Source of the DNA: an uncultured virus (IMG/VR IMGVR_UViG_3300023179_007799)
Taxonomy: Duplodnaviria; Heunggongvirae; Uroviricota; Caudoviricetes
IMG/VR virus record: IMGVR_UViG_3300023179_007799
Reading direction: 5' to 3' (one strand)
Length of the DNA: 64,000 nt
Both the position numbers and the translations under genes were made by a program. Position 1 is the first letter of the stretch. Each line of letters starts with the position of its first letter. A model generated the notes under the pieces. The model saw only the letters and a list, made by a program, of their open reading frames with translations, was not told where the DNA came from and ran no database searches. Positions 1 through 10,290 of this stretch are shown one piece after another.

Positions 1-215
1 TGCAGGCACAAGCAGCCAAGGCAGTGGGGCTGGAACACAAAATTTACCTACACGCAGAAATTGACGCATTGGTCAGGATCAAAGACTGGAGTCGAGCACA
101 TCGAATTGTCATCACCAGATTTACCAAAAATGGTGAGCCTGCCAATGCCAAACCTTGTCCGGTCTGTGAGCGTGTGATTCGTCAGGCCGGCATCAAACAT
201 GTTGAACACACTTAA
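1..215 (+). CDS. Zn-dependent cytidine/deoxycytidylate deaminase-family protein (5' partial)
   Basis: HAE (LHAEIDAL) and PCxxC (KPCPVC) motifs; the frame stays open to the window edge. Confidence 0.75.
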   Translation, partial: QAQAAKAVGLEHKIYLHAEIDALVRIKDWSRAHRIVITRFTKNGEPANAKPCPVCERVIRQAGIKHVEHT

Positions 216-240
216 TATTACATCCATACAGGAGTTAACT

Positions 241-489
241 ATGCAGTTTATGAGCCAAAACAAGCGTATTCTACCCCGAACCACCACCATCAATCGTCTG
301 ACCAAGCGAGTATTTGATCCCAGCAATCTGGCAGATCTCAAAGAATATCGACACTTTGTTACCAATGGCACCTGGACCGCTGCCACCTGCCCATTTGAAG
401 TAGAGTGGCCCTATCTGAGCATTCCGCAGATGATCCAGGAACGAATCACTGAGCATTACTTGCTGAATGTGTTGAAGATTGACGACTAA
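241..489 (+). CDS. hypothetical protein
   Basis: ATG at 241 preceded by AGGAG; followed by a terminator. Confidence 0.7.
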   Translation: MQFMSQNKRILPRTTTINRLTKRVFDPSNLADLKEYRHFVTNGTWTAATCPFEVEWPYLSIPQMIQERITEHYLLNVLKIDD

Positions 490-496
490 ACATCAG

Positions 497-517
497 ACCC
501 GCTTCGGCGGGTTTTTT
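497..517 (+). terminator. intrinsic terminator
   Basis: ACCCGC-TTCG-GCGGGT followed by a T-tract. Confidence 0.85.
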
Positions 518-544
518 GTTAAATACTTGTCAGGGAATATAAAA

Positions 545-1312
545 ATGGCCGCAAACGGGATATCAACACTGACGATAGCAAGTGGGACCACTCTCACAAA
601 AAATGTCAATCCACCACATTCTAATACTGAGATTGTTCCTCCTTACTCAGCTATTTGGAGTTTAAATTACTCAGGCGCTTTGGGAGCAACAAATGATGTC
701 TCATACAAGCTGTATGTAACATCGTTGGGAATAGGATCTGCTGTCACATTGACCAGTCATCAAACAGGTGATTATGCAGTAACAGCAGGCAACTTCTTGT
801 ATGATGAATACGGAACCAGCATTGGCATTATAAAGGGTAATACCACAATAGACAATTACATGGCCAAAGCCGCGGCAGTTTGTGGTTCATTGTCTAACAC
901 TATAATAACTGCTGCAACATACAAAGGCACATGGAACGCTTTTACTAACACTCCCACACTGACTGATGGTGTTGGTACCTTGGGAGATGCTTACGATACA
1001 ATGACTGCTGGAACAAGTGGAGCTTTTCCAGCATATGGCGAACAAGACTGGCGCATCTATGATGGAGCCACTTGGGTGAGAGTTGATAAAACAACCACAA
1101 CACAGTGGACCATAACACCGGCTACAGGCGGTCTAGCAGACAAAGAAGCCCGACAAAAAGCCAAGCTGGATCTGGCCGCTGCGGACCGCGCCAGCGACGG
1201 TAATCCCCGAGCAACCTACGACATCACAGAATTGCCCACACAATACTCAGGCAATGTCATAGTTGACAACCCCAATGCCGGTGGGCTGATTCAGGGCAGA
1301 CCCTGGAGTTAA
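545..1312 (+). CDS. probable virion-associated protein
   Basis: Thr/Gly-rich; contains a YKGTWNA..NTPTL motif typical of phage fibre proteins; TAAATA upstream. Confidence 0.55.
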   Translation: MAANGISTLTIASGTTLTKNVNPPHSNTEIVPPYSAIWSLNYSGALGATNDVSYKLYVTSLGIGSAVTLTSHQTGDYAVTAGNFLYDEYGTSIGIIKGNTTIDNYMAKAAAVCGSLSNTIITAATYKGTWNAFTNTPTLTDGVGTLGDAYDTMTAGTSGAFPAYGEQDWRIYDGATWVRVDKTTTTQWTITPATGGLADKEARQKAKLDLAAADRASDGNPRATYDITELPTQYSGNVIVDNPNAGGLIQGRPWS

Positions 1313-1394
1313 TTTTACCAAAATTAATCGACTTTAGTTGATTACCTGATTCCAAGTTTGTTAATATATACTATAAACCCATAAATATAGATCT

Positions 1395-3131
1395 ATGCTA
1401 TTCGGCTACCTTCTACTATTAGTGGCGCTGACAATTAGTTCAGTGGCTGCATTCTACAGTATTGCTGGTTTGACAGCAATTTTTGCTGCCGCCGCTGCAT
1501 TCTGGCCCATTGTGATCATGGGTTCGGCTCTGGAAATTGGCAAGGTGGCCACCACAGTCTGGTTGCACAAGTATTGGCCACGTATGAGTCTGCAGTTTAA
1601 GCTGTATCTGGTGCCTGCCATTGTGGTGCTGATGACCATCACCAGCATGGGTATATTTGGATTTTTGAGCCGGGCACATACTGATCAGGGTCTGGTCAGT
1701 GGTGATGCTGCCGCCAAGGTCGCCATATACGACGAGAAAATCAAAACTGCCAGAGAGAACATCGAGGCCAATCGCCGAGCACTCCGGCAGATGGACGAGG
1801 CGGTGGAACAAACCATGGGCCGAAGTTCTGATGAACAGGGTGCCGACAAAGCAGTTCGAATACGCAGAGGTCAGCAGAAAGAACGTGCCAGATTAATATC
1901 TGAAATTGATTCCGAACAACGAACAATCAGTAAACTTAACGAACAACGTGCTCCACTGGCCGCGGATGTGCGTAAAGTTGAAGCCGAAGTTGGGCCCATA
2001 AAATATATTGCGGCATTTATTTACGGCGATAATGCCGACGCCAATGTTCTGGAAAAGGCAGTGCGTTGGGTGATTGTGTTGTTGGTCACAGTGTTTGACC
2101 CACTGGCTCTGGTGTTGATCTTGGCTGCTGAACAGACATTTGCCTGGGCCAGAGAAGAACGGCGAAAACAAGTGGAATCAGACCAGAAGCCAGCTGATAC
2201 TGAAAATGACACAGATCATCAGCCGTCAGCGGATGATGCTGCGGCTATGATGATTCATGCGCCCAAAGACGATGAAATCAGGATCTGGGCTGAACAAGAA
2301 ATAGCAGCACTGGACTCAGCAAACAGCACAACGGAAATCGGTTCAGCAGTTATGGACGAATTCATTGTGGAAGAAATGAATGTTCGTGATGTTGTTCCAG
2401 ATGTTCCGGTGGAAACCTATCTGGATCGCAAGTGGTCCTGGTTCCCATCTGGAGCCAACCACGTGGTTTATCAACCAGAGATCATCGCAGAACCCCAGCC
2501 TGAAGTCACTGACAGCGAGGTTCCGGAAGAACCTGCTGCAGCAACAGACCTGTCCTGGATTGAAGAATTCATTGCCCAAGATGATGAACCCAACATTGTC
2601 CTGACAGAACCCGATACTGTGTCAGAAGAGTTTGTGCTGCTGGTACAAAAGGCCGAGGAGCTCACAGAGGAAAATTCTGTAATTCAACAAAAAAACACCG
2701 AGTTACAGGCACAGTTGGAGAACACTGAAAAAGATCTGGCCAGTGCCATACTGGTGATTCAGGAAAAAGAAGCAGAGATAGACAGACTTAAAAAATCCAA
2801 TGCATTTGCTCTGACAGACGATGATGCCGACAATCTAGATCGAGAACGTGCCACCAATGCAGGGTTTGGCACACAGTTCCCCACAAACCCCACCAAAGGT
2901 GACATGTATTTGAGGGTGGATATGTTGCCCAACAAGCTCTTTAAGTGGAACGGTCGCAAATGGATCGAGACCGACAGAAATAAAACTGATCGGTATGTCT
3001 ACGAAGAAGAATATATAAAGTATGTGGCCGAAAAAGTCAGAATTGGCGAAATCGATTTCGCTGACCTCAACAAAGCCGAGCAGGAAGAAGTGCTAAAGAA
3101 ATTAGACTATACTACAAGAAGCCAACTATGA
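1395..3131 (+). CDS. membrane protein with coiled-coil and acidic regions
   Basis: N-terminal TM helices, coiled coil, a fourth TM segment, acidic linker; TAAATA 7 nt upstream. Confidence 0.7.
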   Translation: MLFGYLLLLVALTISSVAAFYSIAGLTAIFAAAAAFWPIVIMGSALEIGKVATTVWLHKYWPRMSLQFKLYLVPAIVVLMTITSMGIFGFLSRAHTDQGLVSGDAAAKVAIYDEKIKTARENIEANRRALRQMDEAVEQTMGRSSDEQGADKAVRIRRGQQKERARLISEIDSEQRTISKLNEQRAPLAADVRKVEAEVGPIKYIAAFIYGDNADANVLEKAVRWVIVLLVTVFDPLALVLILAAEQTFAWAREERRKQVESDQKPADTENDTDHQPSADDAAAMMIHAPKDDEIRIWAEQEIAALDSANSTTEIGSAVMDEFIVEEMNVRDVVPDVPVETYLDRKWSWFPSGANHVVYQPEIIAEPQPEVTDSEVPEEPAAATDLSWIEEFIAQDDEPNIVLTEPDTVSEEFVLLVQKAEELTEENSVIQQKNTELQAQLENTEKDLASAILVIQEKEAEIDRLKKSNAFALTDDDADNLDRERATNAGFGTQFPTNPTKGDMYLRVDMLPNKLFKWNGRKWIETDRNKTDRYVYEEEYIKYVAEKVRIGEIDFADLNKAEQEEVLKKLDYTTRSQL

Positions 3132-3466
3132 GCAGAATCATCACATACCCCGACACCGCCGATAGAATCGGCCATCACGTAACAGTAATAATTGACGCCA
3201 CTCTGGAAGATGTGGGAAATATTGCGTTATTTCTCAAAACCAGTAAATACGACCATGACGTCTATCTTTATCGAGAAGATTTGGATCACCTGGAATGGTT
3301 GAGTTGGGTTATTGATCATGCAGATCATGTACTGCATAATGAAGTGAGCGAAGTTACCCTACAGAATCACCACAAACTCGATCGATTTGGCGCAAATCAA
3401 AATTTAAAAACCGCATTGGAGTATTATCAGAATTATGACAACGAAAGAATAAACAATGGAATTTAA
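3128..3466 (+). CDS. hypothetical protein
   Basis: ATGA-coupled to the upstream gene. Confidence 0.6.
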   Translation: MSRIITYPDTADRIGHHVTVIIDATLEDVGNIALFLKTSKYDHDVYLYREDLDHLEWLSWVIDHADHVLHNEVSEVTLQNHHKLDRFGANQNLKTALEYYQNYDNERINNGI

Positions 3467-3695
3467 TTCAAATACAAAATTTAAAGGCAGTACCGTTTAT
3501 GTTAAGAACGAAAATGTAGAACAGGCTTTGCGTAAGTTCAAAAAGAAGATTCAGGAATTTGGACTACTACAAGAATTGCGCGATAGAGAATTTTTTGAAA
3601 AGCCCACAACCGAACGCAAGCGCAGAAAAGGCGCAGCCAAAGCCAGATGGCGCAAGCATCTGCAAAGTCAAAAGTTGCCAAAAAAATTATTCTGA
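3456..3695 (+). CDS. rpsU: 30S ribosomal protein bS21
   Basis: V.VKNENVEQALRKFKK...ELRDREFFEKPTTERKRRK signature. Confidence 0.92.
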   Translation: MEFNSNTKFKGSTVYVKNENVEQALRKFKKKIQEFGLLQELRDREFFEKPTTERKRRKGAAKARWRKHLQSQKLPKKLF

Positions 3696-3697
3696 TA

Positions 3698-3744
3698 TTG
3701 ACGGAATAATATTAGTATATTAAACTAAATCGTAGGTATAAATA
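3698..3744 (+). promoter_or_regulatory. tandem sigma70-like and T4-like late promoters for dnaK
   Basis: TTGACG(3698)-17 nt-TAAACT(3721), and TATAAATA at 3737-3744. Confidence 0.6.
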
Positions 3745-3749
3745 TCTAT

Positions 3750-3807
3750 GTGAAGTGCTCATATGAGGCTTCACGGTGAATCTTGCTTAATTTAAAGGAG
3801 AACTCTT
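3750..3807 (+). promoter_or_regulatory. ROSE-like RNA thermometer in the dnaK 5'UTR
   Basis: Hairpin at 3750-3774, then TCTTGCTT-loop-AAGGAGA (3781-3801) pairing the SD with a bulged G (UUGCU motif). Confidence 0.65.
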
Positions 3808-5712
3808 ATGTCTAAGATCATCGGTATCGATTTGGGTACCACCAACTCATGCGTGGCCATCCTGGAAAACGGCGCAGCCAAAGTAATTGAAAACTCAGAA
3901 GGCGCCCGCACAACCCCTAGTATTGTCGCTTACACCGACGACGAAATTCTTGTTGGTGCACCAGCCAAGCGACAAGCAGTAACCAATCCCAAAAACACAG
4001 TGTATGCATCCAAGCGTCTGATTGGTCGCAAGTTCACTGAGCAGGCTGTACAAAAAGACATCGACCTAATGCCCTACGAAATCGTGGCTGCTGACAATGG
4101 CGATGCCTGGGTCAACATTCGTGGCGACCGTAAAGCGCCACCGCAGATTTCAGCCGAGGTTCTGCGCAAGATGAAGAAGACTGCTGAAGATTACCTGGGC
4201 TATGAAGTCACCGAGGCAGTGATTACTGTGCCTGCATACTTTAATGATGCACAACGTCAGGCCACCAAGGATGCTGGCCGCATTGCCGGACTTGAAGTCA
4301 AGCGCATTATTAATGAACCCACTGCTGCTGCCTTGGCATTTGGCATGGACAAGAATGAGAAGGCTGACCGGAAGATTGCAGTCTATGACCTGGGCGGTGG
4401 CACGTTTGACATCAGTATTATTGAAATCAGCAGTGTTGATGGTGAAAAACAGTTCGAAGTCCTGAGCACCAACGGTGATACATTCCTGGGCGGTGAAGAC
4501 TTTGACCAACGACTGATTGATCATCTGTGTGAAGAATTCCGGAGCCAGACTGGCATTGATTTGACCAAGGATGCCATTGCTCTGCAACGTGTCAAGAGTG
4601 CTGCAGAGCGCGCCAAGATCGAACTCAGTAGCAGTGCTCAGGTGGAAGTCAATGAACCCTACATTGCCATGGACCCCACTGGACCCAAGCACCTGGTGGT
4701 CAAGATCACACGTGCCAAGTTTGAAAGCATGGTGGAGGATCTGATCAATCGCAGTATTGAGCCCTGCAAAGTCGCAGTCAAGGACGCCGGTGTCAAGCTG
4801 GAAGACATCAGTGACGTTATTCTGGTGGGCGGTCAGACTCGCATGCCTCTGGTACAAGCCGCAGTGGAAAAATACTTTGGTCGTACTCCTCGCAAGGACG
4901 TCAATCCTGACGAAGCAGTGGCAGTGGGTGCAGCCATCCAGGGCGCAGTCCTGAATGGCGACAAGAAGGATGTGTTGCTACTGGACGTTACTCCACTGAG
5001 CCTGGGTATTGAAACAGTGGGTGGTGTTATGACCAAGTTGATCAAGAAAAACACCACTATCCCCACCAAAGCCACGCAAGTGTTCAGCACCGCAGACGAC
5101 AACCAACCTGCTGTGACTGTGGTGGTAGCACAAGGCGAGCGTGAGTTTGTTCGTGACAACAAACGTCTGGGCGAATTTAATCTGGAAGGAATTCAACCAG
5201 CACCACGTGGCACTCCGCAGATTGAAATCACTCTGGACATTGATGCCAATGGTATCCTCAAGGTTTCAGCCCGTGACAAGAACACTGGCAAGGAAAACAA
5301 GATCACCATCAAAGCCAATAGTGGATTGACTGAAGAAGAAATTCAACGCATGGTGCAGGATGCCGAAGCCAATGCCGATGCTGACAAGCAGGCGCGTGAG
5401 CTGATTGATGCCAAGAACAGTGGTGAACAACAACTGCATGATATTCGCAAGAATCTCAGTGAACACGGTGACAAGATCACTGAAGAACAACGTACTAAAA
5501 TTGATGCAGCCATTACGGCACTGGAAACTGCCATGGCTGGCGATGATGCCACCAAGATCACTGAGGCAGTGGGCCAGTTGTTTGAACCAGTTATGCCGTT
5601 GTATGAAGCGGCACGTGCAGCAGAACAACCTGCTGCCGAAACCAACACTGCAGCAAATTCAGATGACGGGGTCGTCAATGCTGAATTTACTGAAGTGAAA
5701 AAGGACGCCTAA
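3808..5712 (+). CDS. dnaK: chaperone DnaK (Hsp70)
   Basis: [28 protein letters not shown] and [14 protein letters not shown] motifs; full length 634 aa. Confidence 0.98.
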   Translation: MSKIIGIDLGTTNSCVAILENGAAKVIENSEGARTTPSIVAYTDDEILVGAPAKRQAVTNPKNTVYASKRLIGRKFTEQAVQKDIDLMPYEIVAADNGDAWVNIRGDRKAPPQISAEVLRKMKKTAEDYLGYEVTEAVITVPAYFNDAQRQATKDAGRIAGLEVKRIINEPTAAALAFGMDKNEKADRKIAVYDLGGGTFDISIIEISSVDGEKQFEVLSTNGDTFLGGEDFDQRLIDHLCEEFRSQTGIDLTKDAIALQRVKSAAERAKIELSSSAQVEVNEPYIAMDPTGPKHLVVKITRAKFESMVEDLINRSIEPCKVAVKDAGVKLEDISDVILVGGQTRMPLVQAAVEKYFGRTPRKDVNPDEAVAVGAAIQGAVLNGDKKDVLLLDVTPLSLGIETVGGVMTKLIKKNTTIPTKATQVFSTADDNQPAVTVVVAQGEREFVRDNKRLGEFNLEGIQPAPRGTPQIEITLDIDANGILKVSARDKNTGKENKITIKANSGLTEEEIQRMVQDAEANADADKQARELIDAKNSGEQQLHDIRKNLSEHGDKITEEQRTKIDAAITALETAMAGDDATKITEAVGQLFEPVMPLYEAARAAEQPAAETNTAANSDDGVVNAEFTEVKKDA

Positions 5713-5754
5713 CAGGGTCCAAATTTATCTTGCTTAATTAAAGGAGAAACCAAA
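5703..5754 (+). promoter_or_regulatory. ROSE-like RNA thermometer in the hsp20 5'UTR
   Basis: GGACGCC/GGGTCC hairpin, then TCTTGCTTAATTAAAGGAGA (5728-5747) sequestering the SD. Confidence 0.7.
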
Positions 5755-6192
5755 ATGACACAAATGTATACACTGGATTTACCAAATATTCACCGTTTTG
5801 CGGTGGGCTTTGATCGTATTTTTGACGAGCTGCATCGTACTGCAGGCACACTGAATGGTACTAACTATCCACCCTACAACATCATCAAGCAGAGCGAAAC
5901 TGCCTATCTGATTGAAGTTGCTGTGGCAGGATTTGAGGAAGCAGAACTTGATGTGGAAGTAGTGGACCTGGAATTGATCATTCGCGGCGAAAACAAGCGA
6001 TCAATTCCTGAAGGCACCACATATCTGCACCAGGGCATCGCCGCCCGCAATTTCGTCCGCACGTTTGCTCTGCACGAAAATGTTGAAGTTCGCAATGCTT
6101 CAGTTAAAAATGGCATTCTGACTGTGTCTCTGGAACATGTTATTCCAGAATCAGCCAAGCCAAAGAAAATTGCAATTACTTTCCAAAAGTAA
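5755..6192 (+). CDS. small heat-shock protein Hsp20 (IbpA-like)
   Basis: GFDRIF, NYPPYNII, YLHQGIAARNF.RTF.L and NGILTV.L motifs. Confidence 0.95.
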   Translation: MTQMYTLDLPNIHRFAVGFDRIFDELHRTAGTLNGTNYPPYNIIKQSETAYLIEVAVAGFEEAELDVEVVDLELIIRGENKRSIPEGTTYLHQGIAARNFVRTFALHENVEVRNASVKNGILTVSLEHVIPESAKPKKIAITFQK

Positions 6193-6205
6193 TATAATTA
6201 GTAGT

Positions 6206-6235
6206 ACAGGGGCGGTGATTTGCTGCCCCTGTTTA
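6206..6235 (+). terminator. hairpin/terminator after hsp20
   Basis: ACAGGGGCGG...CTGCCCCTGT followed by a short T-run. Confidence 0.55.
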
Positions 6236-6241
6236 ATTTAA

Positions 6242-6568
6242 ATGGAAATAATACGAATGAGCCAGCAGCAAACAGATGTCAAGGTACGTGCAACACCAAA
6301 TTTTGATCTCAAAGAACCCCCCCAGTACAAGGTCATCTACATCAATGATGAAGTCACCACCATGGAGTTTGTGATTGAAACTCTGGTGGCCATTTTTGAT
6401 CACAGCAGAGAAAATGCCCAGGATTTAACCCGGGTCATACATGAGCAAGGGGCTGGAGTTGTTGCGGTGTTGCCTTATGAAATGGCTGAGCAGAAGGGCG
6501 TTGAGGCCACACAATTGGCCAGAAATAACGGATTCCCCTTGCAGATTAAATTAGAACCAACCGAATGA
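6242..6568 (+). CDS. clpS: Clp protease adaptor ClpS
   Basis: PPQYKVIYINDEVTTMEFVIE.L...IHEQGAGVV..LPYEMAEQK...FPLQIKLE; the start may be 6257. Confidence 0.92.
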   Translation: MEIIRMSQQQTDVKVRATPNFDLKEPPQYKVIYINDEVTTMEFVIETLVAIFDHSRENAQDLTRVIHEQGAGVVAVLPYEMAEQKGVEATQLARNNGFPLQIKLEPTE

Positions 6569-7032
6569 TATTCAACAAAGTCAGAGATTTAAAAGATCGA
6601 GGGCTCAAGATAGGTATTACTTTTAGTACCTTTGACCTGCTGCATGCTGGCCATGTTGCCATGCTGGCCGAGGCCAAGAATCACTGTGATTATCTGATTG
6701 CAGGTCTACAAACAGATCCCACCATTGACAGGCCCGACACCAAGAATCCACCAGTACAAAGCATTGTGGAACGACAGATTCAGTTGGCTGCGACTCGTTA
6801 TGTGGACGAAGTTGTGGTCTATCAGACTGAAAAAGATCTGGAAGATATTTTGTTGACTCTGCCCATTGATGCCAGAATACTGGGGGTGGAGTATGCAGAT
6901 AAAGATTTTACCGGCAAAGAAATCTGCAGCAAACGTGGCATAGAAATAATTTATAACGGTCGCGACCATAGTTTTAGCTCGTCTAACTTGCGCAAACGTG
7001 TGGCAGAAGCTCAGACTAAAAAACTCAAATGA
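6565..7032 (+). CDS. cytidylyltransferase-like protein (TagD/HIGH family)
   Basis: TFDLLHAGH motif; C-terminal R.HSFSSS. Confidence 0.88.
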   Translation: MIFNKVRDLKDRGLKIGITFSTFDLLHAGHVAMLAEAKNHCDYLIAGLQTDPTIDRPDTKNPPVQSIVERQIQLAATRYVDEVVVYQTEKDLEDILLTLPIDARILGVEYADKDFTGKEICSKRGIEIIYNGRDHSFSSSNLRKRVAEAQTKKLK

Positions 7033-7226
7033 AAATTACAGAAAACGCCATACTAGTTCTTTGCTGGATAGCAATAATTGGTATGATGATGATTTACTTT
7101 GTCGTTTGGACCCCAACCCCTGAATCACAGACCATCAGATATGACTGTGGTATGGCTGAATGGTACCCTGACACTTCAATTGCAATAAAAGAACAATGCC
7201 GTCAACGATATAAAAAAGTGGCCTGA
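7029..7226 (+). CDS. small membrane-anchored hypothetical protein
   Basis: N-terminal TM segment; ATGA-coupled. Confidence 0.55.
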   Translation: MKITENAILVLCWIAIIGMMMIYFVVWTPTPESQTIRYDCGMAEWYPDTSIAIKEQCRQRYKKVA

Positions 7227-7227
7227 T

Positions 7228-7764
7228 ATGGATGTCATGCTGGATTTGGAAACATTGAGCACCAGGCCCCATGCAGTCATACTGACCATGGGTGCAGTTA
7301 AGTTCGACCCCCATAGCGAAGACCTGGGTGCAGGAATCTATCACCGCGTTGGTGTAGATGAGCAGATCGCATTGGGTCGACATGTGGATGACACCACTGT
7401 TGACTGGTGGGGGCGTCAGGCAGCGGACATCAGAGAAGAAGCTCTGGGCCCAGACAATCGAATCAGTCTGGAAAATTTTACTGCAGAGCTGAACAGATTT
7501 CTAGTGGGAGCCAATTGCATCTGGGCGCAGGGACCGGTGTTTGATATTGTGATTTTAGAAAATCTTTATAGGCAACTGGGTACCCCTGTGCCCTGGAACT
7601 ACTGGCAAATTCGTGATAGCCGTACACTTTTTGGAGTATTGGGCGACCCCAGGGAAAAGAATAGCGCAGATCTGCACAATGCCTTGGCAGATTGTGTAAG
7701 TCAGGCTCGAGCTGTGCAGATGGTTTTTGAAAATGTAAAATCGAAAAATTATCTGACTAATTAG
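7228..7764 (+). CDS. 3'-5' exonuclease (DEDD family)
   Basis: MLDLETL, FD..IL, RDSRT and HNALAD motifs. Confidence 0.85.
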   Translation: MDVMLDLETLSTRPHAVILTMGAVKFDPHSEDLGAGIYHRVGVDEQIALGRHVDDTTVDWWGRQAADIREEALGPDNRISLENFTAELNRFLVGANCIWAQGPVFDIVILENLYRQLGTPVPWNYWQIRDSRTLFGVLGDPREKNSADLHNALADCVSQARAVQMVFENVKSKNYLTN

Positions 7765-7816
7765 TGATGACCGAGTAAATCTTGCATAAGTAAGTATAGT
7801 CCATATTGGGGTCGTC

Positions 7817-8665
7817 ATGAAATTAATAGAACAGATTAAAAAAACAATTAATGCTAATAAATTTAGAATTTTTCTTTCTGTAATCTATTTGTTAAGTTTT
7901 TACGGAATATATCGATTATTTGTTAGTGAAAATTTTTGGTGGTTCGTGGCTGCACTTGTCTGGAGCAAAATAATTCAATTAATTGGGCATAGTATTGGTA
8001 TGCACAGATACTTTAGCCACAAGGCATTCGACACAACTCCTTTTGGCGAAAAATTAATGGCATGGACCAGTTTTCTTCTAGGGGTAGGCAGTCCAATTCA
8101 GTATGCTAGAAATCACAGACAACATCACAGAGTGACCGATCAGGAGATGGACTGGCACAGCCCAAATGTCGATGGAAAACTTTATACTGCTCTGGGGGTT
8201 TGGGAGTTTAACTCACTGTCATGGTTTATGAAACGCGGCGGAACATCACCAAGGGATTTAATTGCTCATCCAACTTACAGATACATACATGATCACTATT
8301 ATAAGATATGGTATTCGTTGCTAGCAATTACAGCGTTGATAGATTGGCGAATACCTGTATACTTGTTAGCATTGCCTAGTTTGATATACCATATCGAATT
8401 AAATGTATTTGTCAATTGTATTGGGCACAGTTGGGGTTATCGAAATTTTGATAATCCTGATAAAAGTAAAAACAATCAATGGGTACAGACCTGGACCTTG
8501 GGCGAAGGTCTGCATAATAATCACCATGCTCATCCCAGACTTTATGATTTTGCAGTTAAGAAGGGCGAGTCGGATATTAGTGCATGGATCATTGATAAAT
8601 TCCTTGCAGTGGACGGCCCGCACACCCGACTTGGTCGAATGAGGATTGACGACAAATGCAATTAA
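7817..8665 (+). CDS. membrane fatty-acid desaturase (delta-9-like)
   Basis: Three His boxes HRYFSH, HRQHH and GEGLHNNHH, plus TM segments. Confidence 0.9.
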   Translation: MKLIEQIKKTINANKFRIFLSVIYLLSFYGIYRLFVSENFWWFVAALVWSKIIQLIGHSIGMHRYFSHKAFDTTPFGEKLMAWTSFLLGVGSPIQYARNHRQHHRVTDQEMDWHSPNVDGKLYTALGVWEFNSLSWFMKRGGTSPRDLIAHPTYRYIHDHYYKIWYSLLAITALIDWRIPVYLLALPSLIYHIELNVFVNCIGHSWGYRNFDNPDKSKNNQWVQTWTLGEGLHNNHHAHPRLYDFAVKKGESDISAWIIDKFLAVDGPHTRLGRMRIDDKCN

Positions 8666-8979
8666 TTTTTGGTCGAGAAAATGCAGAAAAATTAAGAGAA
8701 AAATATACGGTCCTGGATCTGGAAACTCTGGAACAAGATGGGCAAACTCTGGATGTTTTTTGTCTGATCCCTGGAGATAAAATCGGACTTGCGGAACTGC
8801 CCCAGTTGGAACACTGGATCAAACTGCATAATGATTTCTTACACGGGTATCGGACTCAACAGTACGATTATTGTCGCCAATGTATTGAACATTTAGTGGG
8901 AAAATTTGGTGGAGAAGTGGATACGTTTTATGAAGAAATTCTAAAACGCATTGATCAACAAGAACCTCATATGCTTTAG
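8656..8979 (+). CDS. hypothetical protein
   Basis: ORF overlapping the desaturase stop. Confidence 0.65.
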   Translation: MQLIFGRENAEKLREKYTVLDLETLEQDGQTLDVFCLIPGDKIGLAELPQLEHWIKLHNDFLHGYRTQQYDYCRQCIEHLVGKFGGEVDTFYEEILKRIDQQEPHML

Positions 8980-9047
8980 TAATAAAATATTAAAGTATTC
9001 CAGATAATAAGTATTGTAGAATAACAGATATTACCAAAGGCACTACA

Positions 9048-9935
9048 ATGAAACGAGTCTGGATACTACATCACGCTACTGAAATTAATGGTTACGAAAA
9101 TACCAGACTCAAGGAATGCCTGGCACAAAATGGGTATGAGGCTGAAGTATATGAGCCCAAATATTTTGATATCATTGTCAGCCGCGGCACAGTAAAAAGT
9201 ATCAGATATCGGGGAGAACGTATCAGCCTGCCCAATTTGGTTCTGAGCAGAACTGGTGCGGGATCCAACTATTTTACTCTGGCACTGATGAGACAGTTGG
9301 AAAAGTTTGGGATTCCGGTGATCAACAACAGTGAAAGCATACACATTGTCAAAGACAAGTTGTGGACCAGTCAGATCCTGACTCGAGCACACATTCCCAT
9401 ACCCAAAACCATCCTGGTCAATGGTGATGTGGATGTGGATCTGATACAGTCTGAAATTGGTTTTCCCTGTGTGGTCAAAGCCACCAGTGGCAGCAAAGGA
9501 AAAACCGTATACCTCTGTGAAACCAAGAAGATCTTCCTGGGTCTGATGAATCTGCTGAGTTCCATTGCCCTGAAGAAAACTCTTATCATACAGGAGTTTG
9601 TGGACTCGCAGGTTGGCACAGACTTGCGCGTCTGGGTCATCGGTGGCAAGTCAGTGGCTGCAATGAAGCGAACGGCTGCTGATGGGGACTTCCGCGCAAA
9701 TATCAGTAATGGTGGGCATGGTGAGTCTTACGAAATCACAGAAGAAATAGATCGTATTGCCACCCAGACCGCTGCAGCACTGGGTCTGGAAATTGCTGGG
9801 GTTGACTTGCTATTTGATAAGAATGGTTTCTTGGTCTGTGAGGCCAACTCAAGCCCGGGATTTTCTGGCATGGACAAATATTGCAATCAGGACATGGCAC
9901 AAAGCATTGTGGATTACGTCAAATTAAAAATTTAG
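9048..9935 (+). CDS. RimK-family ATP-grasp amino-acid ligase
   Basis: DKL, P.VVK..GSKG..V, IIQEFV, DLRVWVIGG, DFRANISNGG, GVDLL and EANSSPG motifs. Confidence 0.9.
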   Translation: MKRVWILHHATEINGYENTRLKECLAQNGYEAEVYEPKYFDIIVSRGTVKSIRYRGERISLPNLVLSRTGAGSNYFTLALMRQLEKFGIPVINNSESIHIVKDKLWTSQILTRAHIPIPKTILVNGDVDVDLIQSEIGFPCVVKATSGSKGKTVYLCETKKIFLGLMNLLSSIALKKTLIIQEFVDSQVGTDLRVWVIGGKSVAAMKRTAADGDFRANISNGGHGESYEITEEIDRIATQTAAALGLEIAGVDLLFDKNGFLVCEANSSPGFSGMDKYCNQDMAQSIVDYVKLKI

Positions 9936-10062
9936 TAGCATTTAGCACTAGTATAATTTAATGATTATATGCATGCTTTTCAGGTGATTCTGCCATATTA
10001 TAGTCACTAAGTAATTGTGTAACAGTATGCAGTTACTTAATTTATTTCAAAGGAGAATGACT

Positions 10063-10134
10063 ATGTGGACCAAGCCAACAGCAATTGATGCACGTTTCGG
10101 TTTTGAAGTCACCATGTACATCGCCGCTCGCTAA
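10063..10134 (+). CDS. pqqA: pyrroloquinoline quinone precursor peptide PqqA (MWTKPTAIDARFGFEVTMYIAAR)
   Basis: 23-aa ORF with AAGGAG 7 nt upstream, W..P.....R.GFEVTMY pattern with the ExxxY core, and its own terminator; absent from the ORF track. Confidence 0.92.
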   Translation: MWTKPTAIDARFGFEVTMYIAAR

Positions 10135-10148
10135 TTGAGTGACTGTAC

Positions 10149-10176
10149 AAAAAAGCCGCCTCAGGGCGGCTTTTTT
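10149..10176 (+). terminator. intrinsic (bidirectional-type) terminator after pqqA
   Basis: AAAAAAGCCGCC-TCAG-GGCGGCTTTTTT. Confidence 0.9.
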
Positions 10177-10290
10177 ATTTCTGGTTGAAAAATATTATAA
10201 ATATTGTTGCACCGCAATATCATTTCGTTTATAATAGATAAATAAAGTAGAGACCAGAAAATGCCGCATGGGGCGGGTTTTCAAATATGT

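Noticed and set aside
4150..5678. Long antisense ORFs inside dnaK (and likewise inside the fibre and low-complexity genes)
   Set aside because: Expected shadow ORFs from codon bias; no SD or recognisable motifs
3456..6568. Bacterial chromosome origin suggested by rpsU-dnaK-hsp20-clpS
   Set aside because: The gene order is not bacterial (no grpE/dnaJ beside dnaK, no clpA after clpS, no clpX after clpP), and the genes are interleaved with virion, lysis and T4-like late-promoter features
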